Assembly: GCA_021740245.1 (NCBI GenBank)
Contig: JAIPAE010000002.1
Location: 1 to 57,548, forward strand
Direction of reading: 5' to 3'
DNA: 57,548 nt
Origin: Bacteroidales bacterium
Lineage (GTDB): Bacteria; Bacteroidota; Bacteroidia; Bacteroidales; PWNQ01
Positions 18,709 to 29,679 of this stretch are shown piece after piece (position 1 is the first letter of the stretch; the number at the start of each line of letters is the position of its first letter). Under the pieces are notes generated by a model that was not told the DNA's origin, made no database searches, and saw nothing but the letters and a program-made list of their open reading frames with translations. The translations under genes were made by a program, and so were the position numbers.

Positions 18709-18804
18709 AGAATTATAATTTTATTGTGCAAATGTATGATTTTTATTCCTTTTCAGTGATGTTGTTTTATGATGCAGGTTTAATATATGATAAATTATTA
18801 ATGG

Positions 18805-20166
18805 CTATCGTTTCAGAATTGCTTCACTTAACTTATCCTTATTCATACCATCGAAATTACCTGAACTCATGAATAAAAGATTTTTATTATTCCAATCCAG
18901 TGATTTCAGATGTTGTTCCAGGTCTTCTCTTAGGTTAAAAACTTTGATGTTAGCATTATCAAAAGCGTCATAAATATGTTGTTTTTGCAACATGGGAAGG
19001 CGTTTAAGTTTAATAGCATGTACGTTAAAAAACACTATTGGCATATCAACGGCATTAAGTGTCCCGCTGTACTGGGATAAAAAGTCTTTGTTTAAACTGC
19101 TGTATGTATGTAATTCAAGGACTGCCACCAATTCGTTATCACCAAACTGATATTTCACTGCTTCTGAAGTTGCTTTAACTTTAGAAGGGCTATGCGCAAA
19201 ATCTTTAAAGATTCTTGTATGTTCATTTTCAGCAATTTTTTCCAGCCTGTTTGAGGCTCCCTTAAATTTGGTCATAGCCTTATAAAAATTATCCGGTGAT
19301 AAACCAATTTCACGGCAAATAAGCATTGCCCCCTGCATATTTTTCATGTTGTGATCACCAAATATCTCCATAGGGTATTCCTTTTGGTTATACCGGATTA
19401 TTGTTTTACCGTTTTTGATATAGCTGTCGCACGTAAAATAAGGAATCATCCTGGCTTTTCCGTCATATTCATTGACAAGTTTATGAATTATTCCGTCACC
19501 GCTGTAATATACCAATGAACCATCATCAGGCAGTAAATCTATAAATGTTATGAACTGATCCACATATTTCTCAAAAGTGGGAAAAACATTAAAATGATCC
19601 CAGGCAATGCCGCTTATTAAAGCCACGTGAGGTTTGTAAACATGAAACTTTGGTCTGGGATCATTTGCAGATGTCAGATATTCGTCGCCTTCAAAGACCA
19701 TAATGTTTGCTTCTTCACTTAGCCTGACCATAACTTCAAATCCGTCTAACTGAGCCCCGACCATGTAATCAACGTCAATTTTATGATAGTTGAGCGCATG
19801 CAGGATCATGGCTGTAATCGTAGTTTTACCATGGCTGCCACCTATGACGATACGCTTTTTATTTTTGGCATGTTCATATAAATATTCAGGGAAAGAATAA
19901 ACCGGGAGGTTTAGTTTTTCCGCTTTCATTAATTCAGGATTGTCTTTTTTAGCGTGCATTCCAAGAATTATAGCATCAATAGCGCCGTGAATATTATTTT
20001 CATCCCAGCCCGTTTTCTCTGGTAAAAGCCCGTATTTTTTTAAGCGCCCTTTGGAAGGTTCAAAAATCTCATCATCAGAGCCTGTAATCTGATGCCCCTG
20101 CTTGTATAGAGCAATAGCCAGATTATGCATCGTACTACCCCCAATGGCTATAAAGTGTATTCGCAT
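18805..20166 (-). CDS. mpl: UDP-N-acetylmuramate:L-alanyl-gamma-D-glutamyl-meso-DAP ligase (murein peptide ligase)
   Basis: The track ORF is over-extended; ATG 20166 gives MRIHFIAIGGSTMHNLAIAL. Mur-ligase P-loop IGGSHGKTT. About 453 aa, as expected for Mpl. Confidence 0.8.
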   Translation of the reverse strand: MRIHFIAIGGSTMHNLAIALYKQGHQITGSDDEIFEPSKGRLKKYGLLPEKTGWDENNIHGAIDAIILGMHAKKDNPELMKAEKLNLPVYSFPEYLYEHAKNKKRIVIGGSHGKTTITAMILHALNYHKIDVDYMVGAQLDGFEVMVRLSEEANIMVFEGDEYLTSANDPRPKFHVYKPHVALISGIAWDHFNVFPTFEKYVDQFITFIDLLPDDGSLVYYSGDGIIHKLVNEYDGKARMIPYFTCDSYIKNGKTIIRYNQKEYPMEIFGDHNMKNMQGAMLICREIGLSPDNFYKAMTKFKGASNRLEKIAENEHTRIFKDFAHSPSKVKATSEAVKYQFGDNELVAVLELHTYSSLNKDFLSQYSGTLNAVDMPIVFFNVHAIKLKRLPMLQKQHIYDAFDNANIKVFNLREDLEQHLKSLDWNNKNLLFMSSGNFDGMNKDKLSEAILKR

Positions 20167-20292
20167 GTTAAGTAAGTTTTTAATGTGTTGTTTGTACAGG
20201 TGCTGAGTAAATTTATTTTGCTTCTGTATAACAAAGGTAAACATCATTTCAATTCAATGGTTTATTTTTGTGAACAAATGATTTATTTACTT

Positions 20293-21141
20293 ATGGAATT
20301 ATATTCGATAATTGCTGAAAATTGGAAAATGGATGGGGGAGCAGTTTTTGGTGTTGTCCCTAAAACAATCTGGAAAAAAAACTATCCGGCTGATGAAAAG
20401 AACAATGTTCCGGTCAAATCCCGGTGTCTGCTGGTGAATCATGATGATCGAAAAATATTGATCGATACGGGGATGGGCCGAAAACAAAATGAAAAATATT
20501 ACCATTACAAATATTTGACACATAAAGATGAGCTTGTCAGAAATTTGAGGGACAAAGGATTTGAACCGGATGAAATAACGGATGTATTATTTACGCATTT
20601 GCATGACGATCACGTGGGAGGAGCTGTATATCTCGCAAATAATGGAAAGTACAAAATGACCTTTCCCAATGCCAGACATTATGTGAGCCGTGAACAATAT
20701 GTATGGGCTGTAAACCCAAACCTTAGGGAAGCAGCTTCATATTTTAAGGAAAACTTTGAACCCATTAAAGATGCTGATCAGCTAATTTTTTTGGAAAGAA
20801 AAGATCAATCTCCATTCGATGGAATAGAGCTTAGATTTTTTGACGGACATACCAGAGGTCAAATAATTCCGATTGTGAATACTGAGGACAAAAAAATTGT
20901 ATTTGCCGCGGATTTTATTCCTTCGGTTGCTCATATTCCAATACCCTACATTGCCAGTGTGGATATAGAACCTTTGAAGGCGCTGGTGGAAAAAGAACAT
21001 TTTATAAATGAGGCCCTGGATAATCAGTACATATTATTCTTTGAACACGATAGTTTTTATGAATGTTGTACTTTAAAACAAACAAAAAAAGGGATTCGTG
21101 CTGATCAAATTTTAACATTGGAGCAACTACGGTTAAATTGA
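20293..21141 (+). CDS. MBL-fold metallo-hydrolase
   Basis: Start taken at ATG 20293 (MELYSIIAENWKMDGGAVFG). HxHxDH motif (THLHDDHVGG). Confidence 0.7.
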   Translation: MELYSIIAENWKMDGGAVFGVVPKTIWKKNYPADEKNNVPVKSRCLLVNHDDRKILIDTGMGRKQNEKYYHYKYLTHKDELVRNLRDKGFEPDEITDVLFTHLHDDHVGGAVYLANNGKYKMTFPNARHYVSREQYVWAVNPNLREAASYFKENFEPIKDADQLIFLERKDQSPFDGIELRFFDGHTRGQIIPIVNTEDKKIVFAADFIPSVAHIPIPYIASVDIEPLKALVEKEHFINEALDNQYILFFEHDSFYECCTLKQTKKGIRADQILTLEQLRLN

Positions 21142-21192
21142 TGTTGTTTTATTGAATATTTGCTATTTTTGTCTACAGCAAAACATTTAGTA

Positions 21193-21909
21193 ATGATAAA
21201 TAAAATTGAAGTAACTACTCTGAATGAGCAGTATATAAATAAACAGCCGCAGGCTGTAATACAGTATTTCCTGGATCAATATCCCGGGGAAATTGTTTTT
21301 TCAACTAGTCTTCAGGCCGAAGATCAGGTCTTAACGGACATGATTTGTAAACATGATAAAACTAACGTTAGTTTTGTTACACTCGATACGGGAAGGATGT
21401 TTGAAGAAACCTATGATATCCTTCACCGCACTAACATGCGTTATAAAATCAATATTAAAGCCATGTTTCCTGAAAGAGATAAAGTTGAGCAAATGACTCA
21501 GGAAAAAGGGATTAATCTTTTTTATGAAAGTATTGAGAACCGGAAATTATGTTGTCATATTCGTAAAACCCTCCCCCTGATGCGAGCCATTGAAGGACAT
21601 AAAATATGGATTACCGGTTTAAGACGTTCCCAGTCTGTGACACGCAAAGATATTCCAATGATTGAATGGGATGAAGCACATAATATTACCAAAGTAAACC
21701 CGTTAATCAACTGGGAATATGATGATGTATGGGATTATATCAAAAAAAATAATATTCCATATCACAAACTTCATGATAAAGGTTTTCCGAGCATTGGCTG
21801 TGAGCCCTGTACCAGAGCCGTTTCCGAAGGTGAGGATATCAGAGCCGGCCGGTGGTGGTGGGAATCTCCGGATAATAAAGAATGTGGCCTTCATATAGAT
21901 AAAAGATAA
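21193..21909 (+). CDS. cysH: Phosphoadenylyl-sulfate / adenylyl-sulfate reductase (thioredoxin-dependent)
   Basis: PAPS-reductase fold. It has CC..CxxC cysteines (LCCHIRK, GCEPCT) and the C-terminal catalytic ECGLH motif. ATG 21193 is preferred over the track's TTG 21160. Confidence 0.8.
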   Translation: MINKIEVTTLNEQYINKQPQAVIQYFLDQYPGEIVFSTSLQAEDQVLTDMICKHDKTNVSFVTLDTGRMFEETYDILHRTNMRYKINIKAMFPERDKVEQMTQEKGINLFYESIENRKLCCHIRKTLPLMRAIEGHKIWITGLRRSQSVTRKDIPMIEWDEAHNITKVNPLINWEYDDVWDYIKKNNIPYHKLHDKGFPSIGCEPCTRAVSEGEDIRAGRWWWESPDNKECGLHIDKR

Positions 21910-22044
21910 TTTTTTTTGTTTTTTATTGAATTTATCATACGTTTGTTTTTGATTTTCTCTTAACAATACAAATGGATGATGTTATGAGAGAGTATATTTC
22001 ATAAAAAACCAGGTTAATAGTGTTCTTAATTTAAATATATATTA

Positions 22045-24288
22045 ATGAAAAAGAAATACTTAGTCCTTTTAAGTTTTTTAATGTGCGTTACATTAAAAGC
22101 AGGGGCTCAAAAAAATGAGCATCAAACATTAAGATCCGGAGGAGATTTACCCAAAGACTTTCTGACATTTAGCATTGAGAATTATGATAAAGCAGCAGAA
22201 AAGCAAATTTTAGATTCGGACCGGCGAAAAACGACAAAATACAAAGAATCTTTTTTAACAAAGAGTCATTGGTATTTAAATCGTATGTTGCGTGGTGGTT
22301 CAATCATGTTTAATGACCCGATCACTAAATATGTGCAGGATGTTGCAGATTTTGTGCTAAAAGATTATCCGGGGATACGTGCGAATCTGAGGTTTTATAC
22401 TGCAAAGCATGCCTCCGTTAATGCATTCTCCACGGATGCCGGGATAATAATTTTCAATACGGGATTGATAGCACAACTGGAGAATGAGGCGCAACTTGCC
22501 TTTGTAATTGCACATGAGGTTGTTCATTATTATAATAAGCATGGAATTACAGGATATCTGGAAGAAAAACTGATTGGTGAAGAATATAAAGACCTTGATT
22601 CCTGGACATTTAATGAGATGTTCTATTTGGCTAAAAATCAACGATCAAGGGAGATGGAGATGGAAGCTGATGAATTGGGCTTCGAGAAATTCTACACGAA
22701 AACAGAATATAGTCCGAAAGCTGCTTTAGGGGTTATGGATGTTTTACAATATGCTTATTTGCCATTTAATGAAATAAAATTTTCTCCAGGCTTCTTAACT
22801 AATCAGTATTTTAGTATTCCCGATAAGTTTATGCTGGATGAATTAAAGCCGATTTCAGTGGGCGATGATTATAATGACAAAAGGAGTTCACATCCCAGTG
22901 TAAGGAAGAGACGGGAAAACCTGAAGGACATGATCGGGCTTGAAGGAGATAAGAATGAAAAACGTGATTTTATTATTTCTGAAAAACGTTTTTATGAAAC
23001 CCGAAAACTGGCACGTTATGAAACGATCCGGAAACACATGATAAACAGAGATTATCCACGCGCCTTATATGATGCTTATGTGATGATGCAACAAGACCCT
23101 GACGATGATTATCTGAAAAAAATTACTGCCGGGACTCTTTACGGATTGAGTATTTATAAGTCAAATCATACAGACGGACCGGTAGTTAGTGATTATGAAG
23201 ATATAGAAGGAGAGTCACAACAGGTCTATTACATGATGGATGAAATGTCAGATGAATGGGCTAATGTAATTGCAATGCAGTATGCGTGGAGGCTCTATAA
23301 AAATGACCCGGACGATCGTTATTTGGCTGAGATCACTGAGCACCTGATGGTAAATATGATACAACAGGAAAAGCTACACCTGGATGGGTTTTATGACGTT
23401 TCTAAAGAAGTATTGGCAAACCTTATTGATTCTACTGAAAAAGAAACTGACAATAAACAATTGTCGAAGTATGACAGGATCAGGAAAAAAAACAAAGAAC
23501 AGCAATTAAAAAGGGGTGAAGAAGAATATCGTTTTGCACTTGTCGATATGGTTAATGATAAAGATTTTCTCGATGCTTTTGAGCAGGCTGAAGAGTATGT
23601 CAAAGAATTAGAAGAGGAGGAGACGTATTCGTATGATGATCTGGATGAGATATACGGTGACAATGATGCACGAGGAAAAGATAGAAAAGCCGATATACCT
23701 GGTGTCGACCGGGTATTTATGATTGACCCCATGTATTTATATATTAATGAAAAAGATGATGAGATCATTCAATATTTTAAAACAGAAAAGAAACAACAGC
23801 AAATGAGTGAAAGTATTGTGAAAAGCAGTAATGATCTGAAGCTGGAAGCAATCATGATGGATCCATGGACGCTCCAAAAAGAAGAGGTGGACCGATACAA
23901 TGATATAGTATTGCTGAAAGATTGGATGACTGAATATTTTGCTCATAGTGATATTCATATTATTCCATTTGCATCAAATGATGTTTATCCTTTGATGGAA
24001 GATTATGATACCAAATATTTGAACTGGATGGGAACAATAAGCGGGAGAGTGAAAGACGGCAGTAAATTCATTACTGGTTGTCTGTATTTATACATTGGGT
24101 TAGTACCATTAGCGATTTATGAATGGGTTAAACCAAATTATCAAATGATTTTATTTAACACATTGATCGATTTGGAGGAAGCAGATATCCGTTTTTCATA
24201 TCGCTATGCAACCGATAATAATGCCGGAAAATACCGGTTGCAAGCCCGGATATATGACATCTTAAATCAAATTAAAAATCAAGAATAA
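22045..24288 (+). CDS. Large secreted M48-like zinc metallopeptidase
   Basis: 747 aa with a signal peptide. HEVVH zincin motif (IAHEVVHYYNKH) with a downstream EMEADE, and a long acidic/charged middle region. Confidence 0.65.
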   Translation: MKKKYLVLLSFLMCVTLKAGAQKNEHQTLRSGGDLPKDFLTFSIENYDKAAEKQILDSDRRKTTKYKESFLTKSHWYLNRMLRGGSIMFNDPITKYVQDVADFVLKDYPGIRANLRFYTAKHASVNAFSTDAGIIIFNTGLIAQLENEAQLAFVIAHEVVHYYNKHGITGYLEEKLIGEEYKDLDSWTFNEMFYLAKNQRSREMEMEADELGFEKFYTKTEYSPKAALGVMDVLQYAYLPFNEIKFSPGFLTNQYFSIPDKFMLDELKPISVGDDYNDKRSSHPSVRKRRENLKDMIGLEGDKNEKRDFIISEKRFYETRKLARYETIRKHMINRDYPRALYDAYVMMQQDPDDDYLKKITAGTLYGLSIYKSNHTDGPVVSDYEDIEGESQQVYYMMDEMSDEWANVIAMQYAWRLYKNDPDDRYLAEITEHLMVNMIQQEKLHLDGFYDVSKEVLANLIDSTEKETDNKQLSKYDRIRKKNKEQQLKRGEEEYRFALVDMVNDKDFLDAFEQAEEYVKELEEEETYSYDDLDEIYGDNDARGKDRKADIPGVDRVFMIDPMYLYINEKDDEIIQYFKTEKKQQQMSESIVKSSNDLKLEAIMMDPWTLQKEEVDRYNDIVLLKDWMTEYFAHSDIHIIPFASNDVYPLMEDYDTKYLNWMGTISGRVKDGSKFITGCLYLYIGLVPLAIYEWVKPNYQMILFNTLIDLEEADIRFSYRYATDNNAGKYRLQARIYDILNQIKNQE

Positions 24289-24320
24289 ATCTGAAAATTT
24301 AATTATTAAATAGCAGTATA

Positions 24321-25070
24321 ATGAAAAAGTTAATCATTTCAATATTGTTTCTTGTGTTTACTTTTTATTCAACTGAAGCGCAGGTTTCAGGGAGCAACGG
24401 AAACCGTATGATTGGCGGTTTAGGTATATCGCCGGATCCGTTCGGCTGGTTGTTTGAAAACAATGAATATACAACTGGTGTTCAGCTCGACTTCGATTAT
24501 GTGATTACAAGGAATAGCTCTTTAGGTTTGCTTTTGGATTTTGATAATGTGAATCATAGGTATAGTAGTTTTTACATGCCTGGCATGGGCTATAATTATG
24601 GTTTTAGAGGGGTCAGCGATCCTTTTGTTATTCACAGTAGTTTGTTCGAGTTGAATTACAAGTTATTTACCAACGGGCAAATTGCACCTATTGGGAGTTA
24701 CTGGAAGGTTTCGGGGGGTATTTTAAGCGTAGGTCATGAGTTTGATAAAGAAGAGTTTACTTCTCAGTTATATGATAGAAGTGATCTTACGGATGTATCG
24801 GAATTTGATGATATGGTCGTGAAAGATAATTACATCGTTCCGTTTATTGGCATTGGGTTTGGAGAAACTTTTCCTGTTCTGATGGAGAATCTTTATTTTG
24901 ATATAGGCGGAGATATTAGATTTTTCCTGAAAAGAGATATTTTTCTTAACCAACTATTTGATGAGTATCCCTCAATAACTAAAGAGAATTTATTAGAATA
25001 CAATACGTGTTCAGTAATTTTGTTCAATAAATTCCTTAATATAAAAATTACATTGCGATATGCTTTCTAA
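24321..25070 (+). CDS. Hypothetical secreted or outer-membrane protein
   Basis: 249 aa with signal peptide MKKLIISILFLVFTFYSTEAQ. Beta-rich, with an aromatic C-terminal residue (RYAF). Confidence 0.5.
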   Translation: MKKLIISILFLVFTFYSTEAQVSGSNGNRMIGGLGISPDPFGWLFENNEYTTGVQLDFDYVITRNSSLGLLLDFDNVNHRYSSFYMPGMGYNYGFRGVSDPFVIHSSLFELNYKLFTNGQIAPIGSYWKVSGGILSVGHEFDKEEFTSQLYDRSDLTDVSEFDDMVVKDNYIVPFIGIGFGETFPVLMENLYFDIGGDIRFFLKRDIFLNQLFDEYPSITKENLLEYNTCSVILFNKFLNIKITLRYAF

Positions 25071-25088
25071 TCGGAAGAATACTGCAGG

Positions 25089-25694
25089 TTAGAATATTTG
25101 CCTGAAAAAAAAGTGAATGAGTTCCGGTTTAAAAAGTATCGGAAAAACAAATCCAAAAAGAGCCCCCCAGAAGTGCGCATCATGACCGATATTGTCTTTT
25201 CCACGGCGTGCCATATACGCTGAAAATATTAAAAACAGTATGCCAAATACCGGAGATGGTATTGGAATAGGAAGTAGGATTAATCCGATTTTGGATGAAG
25301 GCCGGATTAAAATACTGGCAAAGATCACTGCAGAAACAGCTCCGGAAGCGCCAACAGCATTATACATGATGTCATCTTTATGTTTTCCCAATGATGGTAA
25401 TGTGGAAAAAGCTATAGAACCGATATATAAAAGAACATATAAGAATATCCCTTCGGCTTTTCCGTAAATAGCAATAAAATCGCTTTCTACAAACCTTCCG
25501 AAGGAGTACAAGACAAACATATTGATCAGTAAATGAACCAGATCAGCATGTAATAAGCCATAAGAAAAAAAGCGGTAATAATTTTTGTTGTAAGCAACTG
25601 CATGTGCATTAAACTTTAACCGGTCGAACAATTCCCGGTTACTGAAAGCGAGCAAAGATACAATTACTGTTATGATAATGAATAATAATGTCAT
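25089..25694 (-). CDS. Rhomboid-family intramembrane serine protease
   Basis: 201 aa, polytopic. GASGAV catalytic serine motif and the conserved His in a later TM (GHDAHFWG). Confidence 0.75.
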   Translation of the reverse strand: MTLLFIIITVIVSLLAFSNRELFDRLKFNAHAVAYNKNYYRFFSYGLLHADLVHLLINMFVLYSFGRFVESDFIAIYGKAEGIFLYVLLYIGSIAFSTLPSLGKHKDDIMYNAVGASGAVSAVIFASILIRPSSKIGLILLPIPIPSPVFGILFLIFSAYMARRGKDNIGHDAHFWGALFGFVFPILFKPELIHFFFRQIF

Positions 25695-25728
25695 ACATAT
25701 TCACTGTTTCCGGATTTTATAATCCTGA

Positions 25729-26592
25729 TTAGTGAGTATTCTCAGTTTGCAATATGTTTGCTTTAGCATTTTCTTTTTCACGGTGATCGATTTCCGATCC
25801 CATCACGCTATGTGGAATCAAATATACGACCAGCAAAATAATTGAAGCCGCCAGCGCCCAGCCTTTTCGATCCCGGTTTCGAAACTGTATAATGAAAGCT
25901 ATGATCCAGAACACAAAGGCAATAAGGGTTTTATTATCTGTCAGGTCATTACTGACAGGCCATCCCGTCCATAACTGACCAAATGCATATTCCTGAATAA
26001 TAGGTCCCAGTATTAGGCCACCTGGTATCAAAGTAAAAAGTGTTAGCTTAGTATATAAAAAAGTTCGCTTGCCGCGTATCAATGCTTCTAATCCTGTACG
26101 GGCACTGAAAAGCATAGCCAGGAACATTAAAATAATATGTGGAATAAGAACAAAGGAGGGGACAGCACCTTTAAAACGAATAATTACCGGTTCTTCAACC
26201 AGATTCTTTTTGATTTCATTATGCTCCAGAATTACATTGTATTGGACTTTTCCCGCCGGAGGCTGATGAGGTATTGATGCTGAAAAAGTATTTCCGGAAT
26301 GCTTCATAGGTATTGTATCCCATTTGTCATAGCTTTTATACCGGCGGTATGCCAGGTAACCATCAATATCTGCATTCTCCGGTATAATGATTTTTACAGG
26401 TGCATCACCCAAACCCCCATGAGACCTGAGTAGCTCGAAGTTTACAGTAGTTTTATCTATAGTGACTTCTCCTGATACCGGATAAGTCGGACCAGTCATT
26501 CGCTGGTACGCAGCCAATGCTATGGTCAGGATGAAGGTCAGAATCCAAAATAATATGGATTTTGTCTTATAACTCATTTTTACCATGCTCAC
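25729..26592 (-). CDS. Hypothetical integral membrane protein
   Basis: 287 aa: an N-terminal TM helix, a ~130-aa soluble segment, then 4-5 TM helices. No recognised motif. Confidence 0.5.
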   Translation of the reverse strand: MSMVKMSYKTKSILFWILTFILTIALAAYQRMTGPTYPVSGEVTIDKTTVNFELLRSHGGLGDAPVKIIIPENADIDGYLAYRRYKSYDKWDTIPMKHSGNTFSASIPHQPPAGKVQYNVILEHNEIKKNLVEEPVIIRFKGAVPSFVLIPHIILMFLAMLFSARTGLEALIRGKRTFLYTKLTLFTLIPGGLILGPIIQEYAFGQLWTGWPVSNDLTDNKTLIAFVFWIIAFIIQFRNRDRKGWALAASIILLVVYLIPHSVMGSEIDHREKENAKANILQTENTH

Positions 26593-26614
26593 TCTTCTTT
26601 AAAAAAACGCAAAA

Positions 26615-27526
26615 TTAATGGTTTTTATCTTTTGATCCGGCTAAAAGATCCGGTATATGCGTTGAATTAAATTCCATTTGCATAGTAACATGATCAATAT
26701 GGAATTGTTCATAGAGGATAGCTTCGGCTTTTTCACGTATCACAGATGCTTCAGTGGTTTTGAAGTCCTGACTCAAATCGACATGACTTTCAAAATGGAT
26801 TTCTTTATCACTGAGTCGCCAAATATGAACGTGATGGATATTCTTAATCCCTTCAATCTTCGTAAGTTTATTCTTTATTTCTGCAAGATCGATGTCTTTT
26901 GGCTTTGATTGCATTAATATATCCACCGTTTCAATAATAATCGAAATACTTTCCTTAATAATATATAAACCTATAATAACAGTAACTAACGGGTCAATCC
27001 AATATAATTCATAAAAATAAATTAAGACCCCACCAATTATAACTGCCACAGAAGAAAGTGTATCGCCCAGCAAGTGCAGATACGCTGCTTTAATATTAAT
27101 ATTGTCTTTTTTGTGCTTTTCCAATATTAAAACTGAAATTATATTGGCAATCAAGCCAATGGCAGCAACGACCAGCATTAGTGTGCTGTTTATAGTTTCC
27201 GGATTATTAAAACGTTGCCAGGCTTCAGAAAAAAGAAATATACTGATAGCAATCAAAGCAATACCATTAAACAAAGCAGCCAGTATTTCTATTCGTTTGT
27301 AACCGAATGTTTTATTTAAGCTTGATGGTTTTTGGGATACTTTATTGGCCAACCAGGCAATAAGTAATGCAATACCATCACCAAGGTTGTGAAGAGCATC
27401 TGATAATAAAGCCAGACTGTTTGAGAGGATACCCCCAACAATCTGGAACAGCGATATGGCCATATTTAACCAAACTGAAATAAAAAGGTCTTTACCTTCA
27501 TTAGCTTGTTTACTTTGCTGATGCAT
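26615..27526 (-). CDS. Cation diffusion facilitator (CDF) family metal efflux transporter
   Basis: 303 aa with six TM helices. Motifs LSDALHNLGD and HLLGD (HxxxD metal sites) and a C-terminal cytoplasmic domain. Confidence 0.8.
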   Translation of the reverse strand: MHQQSKQANEGKDLFISVWLNMAISLFQIVGGILSNSLALLSDALHNLGDGIALLIAWLANKVSQKPSSLNKTFGYKRIEILAALFNGIALIAISIFLFSEAWQRFNNPETINSTLMLVVAAIGLIANIISVLILEKHKKDNINIKAAYLHLLGDTLSSVAVIIGGVLIYFYELYWIDPLVTVIIGLYIIKESISIIIETVDILMQSKPKDIDLAEIKNKLTKIEGIKNIHHVHIWRLSDKEIHFESHVDLSQDFKTTEASVIREKAEAILYEQFHIDHVTMQMEFNSTHIPDLLAGSKDKNH

Positions 27527-27564
27527 ATAAGAACAAACAATAGATGTTTTTTAAAGTTTTACAA

Positions 27565-28959
27565 TTAATACTTATAGATTTCCTCTGCTTTGCTTTCTGC
27601 TTTTAACTCACTATCTGTTGAAAAGTGAAGTATTAAGTTTAAAACCACCCTGTGCGGACTTACTGTTTCCTGATTAAGATCAAAATATTCATAATGTAAA
27701 GACATACCGAAATCACGGTTGGCTTTCCAGTAAAATCCAAATCGAGGGCTTATTCCAAAATTGTCATTGGGTTTTTGTATTACCCCCCGGTAACGCCCCC
27801 AGGTATAATAACCTTTAATACCTGCAAATAATGCATATTTGTTTTGATATTTTTTTGAAAAACTGAATAGTTTATCAATAGTTAGCGGGATCAAATAACG
27901 CCGCTCCCAGTACTGGTAATAAAGATTTGATGATTGTTGTTCTATAACCCTTTTGGCAAAATATCGTGTAGAAAAACCTAAAGTTACATTTGTATTGCTT
28001 TTTACTTCATGAAAACCCAAATGAGTTCCGAAAAGCGCATCGTCAGTGTTGCCGCTGATACTATATCTGAATAAAACGATATCATTATACGGAATCAGAT
28101 TTTGTTTCGCTCCATGATCGGACAAAAGATTTCTGATACTATCGTTTCCTAAACTTTTGGCCAGTGTAAGCAGTGTTATTGGGTCATTGATTTTATGGTT
28201 TACCTCTGCACCGTGCTTAATTAAAGTATCAGCAACGGCTACATGATTATACTGAATGGCAAAAGTTAATGCTGTACTATTGCTTTGGGTTTTCAGGTTA
28301 ATTTTAGCTCCTTTTTCAACCATCAAACCGGTTAGTTTGTGGAATCCGTATTTTGAAGCAAGCATAAGAGCTGAATAACCTTCTGAGTCTGTCATATTAA
28401 GTTTTGCCTTCTTTCTTATGAGTAATTCGGATATAGCGGGATAACCTGCAGAAATTGATAACATTAATGGTGTAACATCATACCGTGCAGTGGCATTGAT
28501 GTCAGCATTATAATAGATCAACATGTCTGCAATATAATAATAACCGAAAGCAGCGGCATAATGTAATGCCGTTTTTTCCAGTTTTCCGCGCTGGTTTACA
28601 TCTCCACCATATCGAACAATTTCTTCCGCAACCTCTAAATATCCCATAGCGATAGCTCTTATCAATGCTTCTTCTTCATTTCTCGGATTAACATCCGGAT
28701 CAGCTCCGTTGTGTAATAATATCTTAACAACATCAAGGTGTCCTTGCTGTGCTGCATAAATTAAAGGAGTTTCCTGGCTGTAATCGTTTTTGACATTTAC
28801 ATCTGCACCCGATTTGATCAGATAAATTACTGAATCTGCATTACCGTTCCAGGCAGCATCCATCAAAGCATAATCCAATGAGTCTTTTTGTTCCTTTGGT
28901 TGGGCGGTTATTATGCTGATTGTAAAAAGTAAAAATGTTATAGTTGCTATATATCGCAT
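27565..28959 (-). CDS. Secreted ankyrin-repeat protein with C-terminal beta-barrel-like domain
   Basis: 464 aa. Signal peptide, then about 8 ANK repeats (e.g. TPLIYAAQQGHLDVVKILLHNGADPD), then a ~170-aa alternating-hydrophobic C-terminal region. Confidence 0.65.
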   Translation of the reverse strand: MRYIATITFLLFTISIITAQPKEQKDSLDYALMDAAWNGNADSVIYLIKSGADVNVKNDYSQETPLIYAAQQGHLDVVKILLHNGADPDVNPRNEEEALIRAIAMGYLEVAEEIVRYGGDVNQRGKLEKTALHYAAAFGYYYIADMLIYYNADINATARYDVTPLMLSISAGYPAISELLIRKKAKLNMTDSEGYSALMLASKYGFHKLTGLMVEKGAKINLKTQSNSTALTFAIQYNHVAVADTLIKHGAEVNHKINDPITLLTLAKSLGNDSIRNLLSDHGAKQNLIPYNDIVLFRYSISGNTDDALFGTHLGFHEVKSNTNVTLGFSTRYFAKRVIEQQSSNLYYQYWERRYLIPLTIDKLFSFSKKYQNKYALFAGIKGYYTWGRYRGVIQKPNDNFGISPRFGFYWKANRDFGMSLHYEYFDLNQETVSPHRVVLNLILHFSTDSELKAESKAEEIYKY

Positions 28960-29113
28960 GTGCTTTTTTTGATAAAATTAAACATTTTACGCTTTTCTTA
29001 TAAATATTATGAAATAACATGATAAATATAAATAATTATGGGTAATTTTATCATCCAGTAAGTGTTAATCTTCAAATTTATTAATGATGTTTTTAATCAA
29101 ATTTAATAAGATT

Positions 29114-29557
29114 ATGTTTTTAGCAGGCCTGTGTCTGTTCATATGCAATTCATGCAATAATGTTGAGAACAAGGCCAGACAGACAATTAATAAAAGCGGT
29201 GAAGCAGTGGGGAAGTCCTCTGCTGAGTTTTTCGAAGGAGTGACAGAGGGGGTGGATAAAATTCTACAACCTGAGATTACTTTATCAGAAGACCTGAAGG
29301 TAAAAGGTCTGGAATTTGGTAAATGTATAGTTGAGCGTGATTCAGGGAGCCATAATAAGAATAAATTCGTTTTATATTTGATATTCAATGAAAACATCCG
29401 GGATACATTGCTTCTAAAAGCGTATGATAAAAATGGAATGGAGATCGGCAGAACTATTCAGAAAATTGATAAAAAAGCAGGACAGGCAAAGTATTTTGAT
29501 TTTATATTTGATGAACGCACCAATATAGAAGTTAAAAGTAAGATCAAAATTGAATAA
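29114..29557 (+). CDS. Hypothetical lipoprotein
   Basis: ATG 29114 gives MFLAGLCLFICNSC (lipobox). No recognised motif. Confidence 0.45.
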   Translation: MFLAGLCLFICNSCNNVENKARQTINKSGEAVGKSSAEFFEGVTEGVDKILQPEITLSEDLKVKGLEFGKCIVERDSGSHNKNKFVLYLIFNENIRDTLLLKAYDKNGMEIGRTIQKIDKKAGQAKYFDFIFDERTNIEVKSKIKIE

Positions 29558-29679
29558 TCCTTATGACAGGTTTAAGATTCGGGAAATAATAGTTTTGTTT
29601 TAATTTATTTTTTTTGCTGATCAAAATGTGCTGTTATTTGTTTTTTCAAACAGCAAAAAAATCTTGAAAAAATATCATA

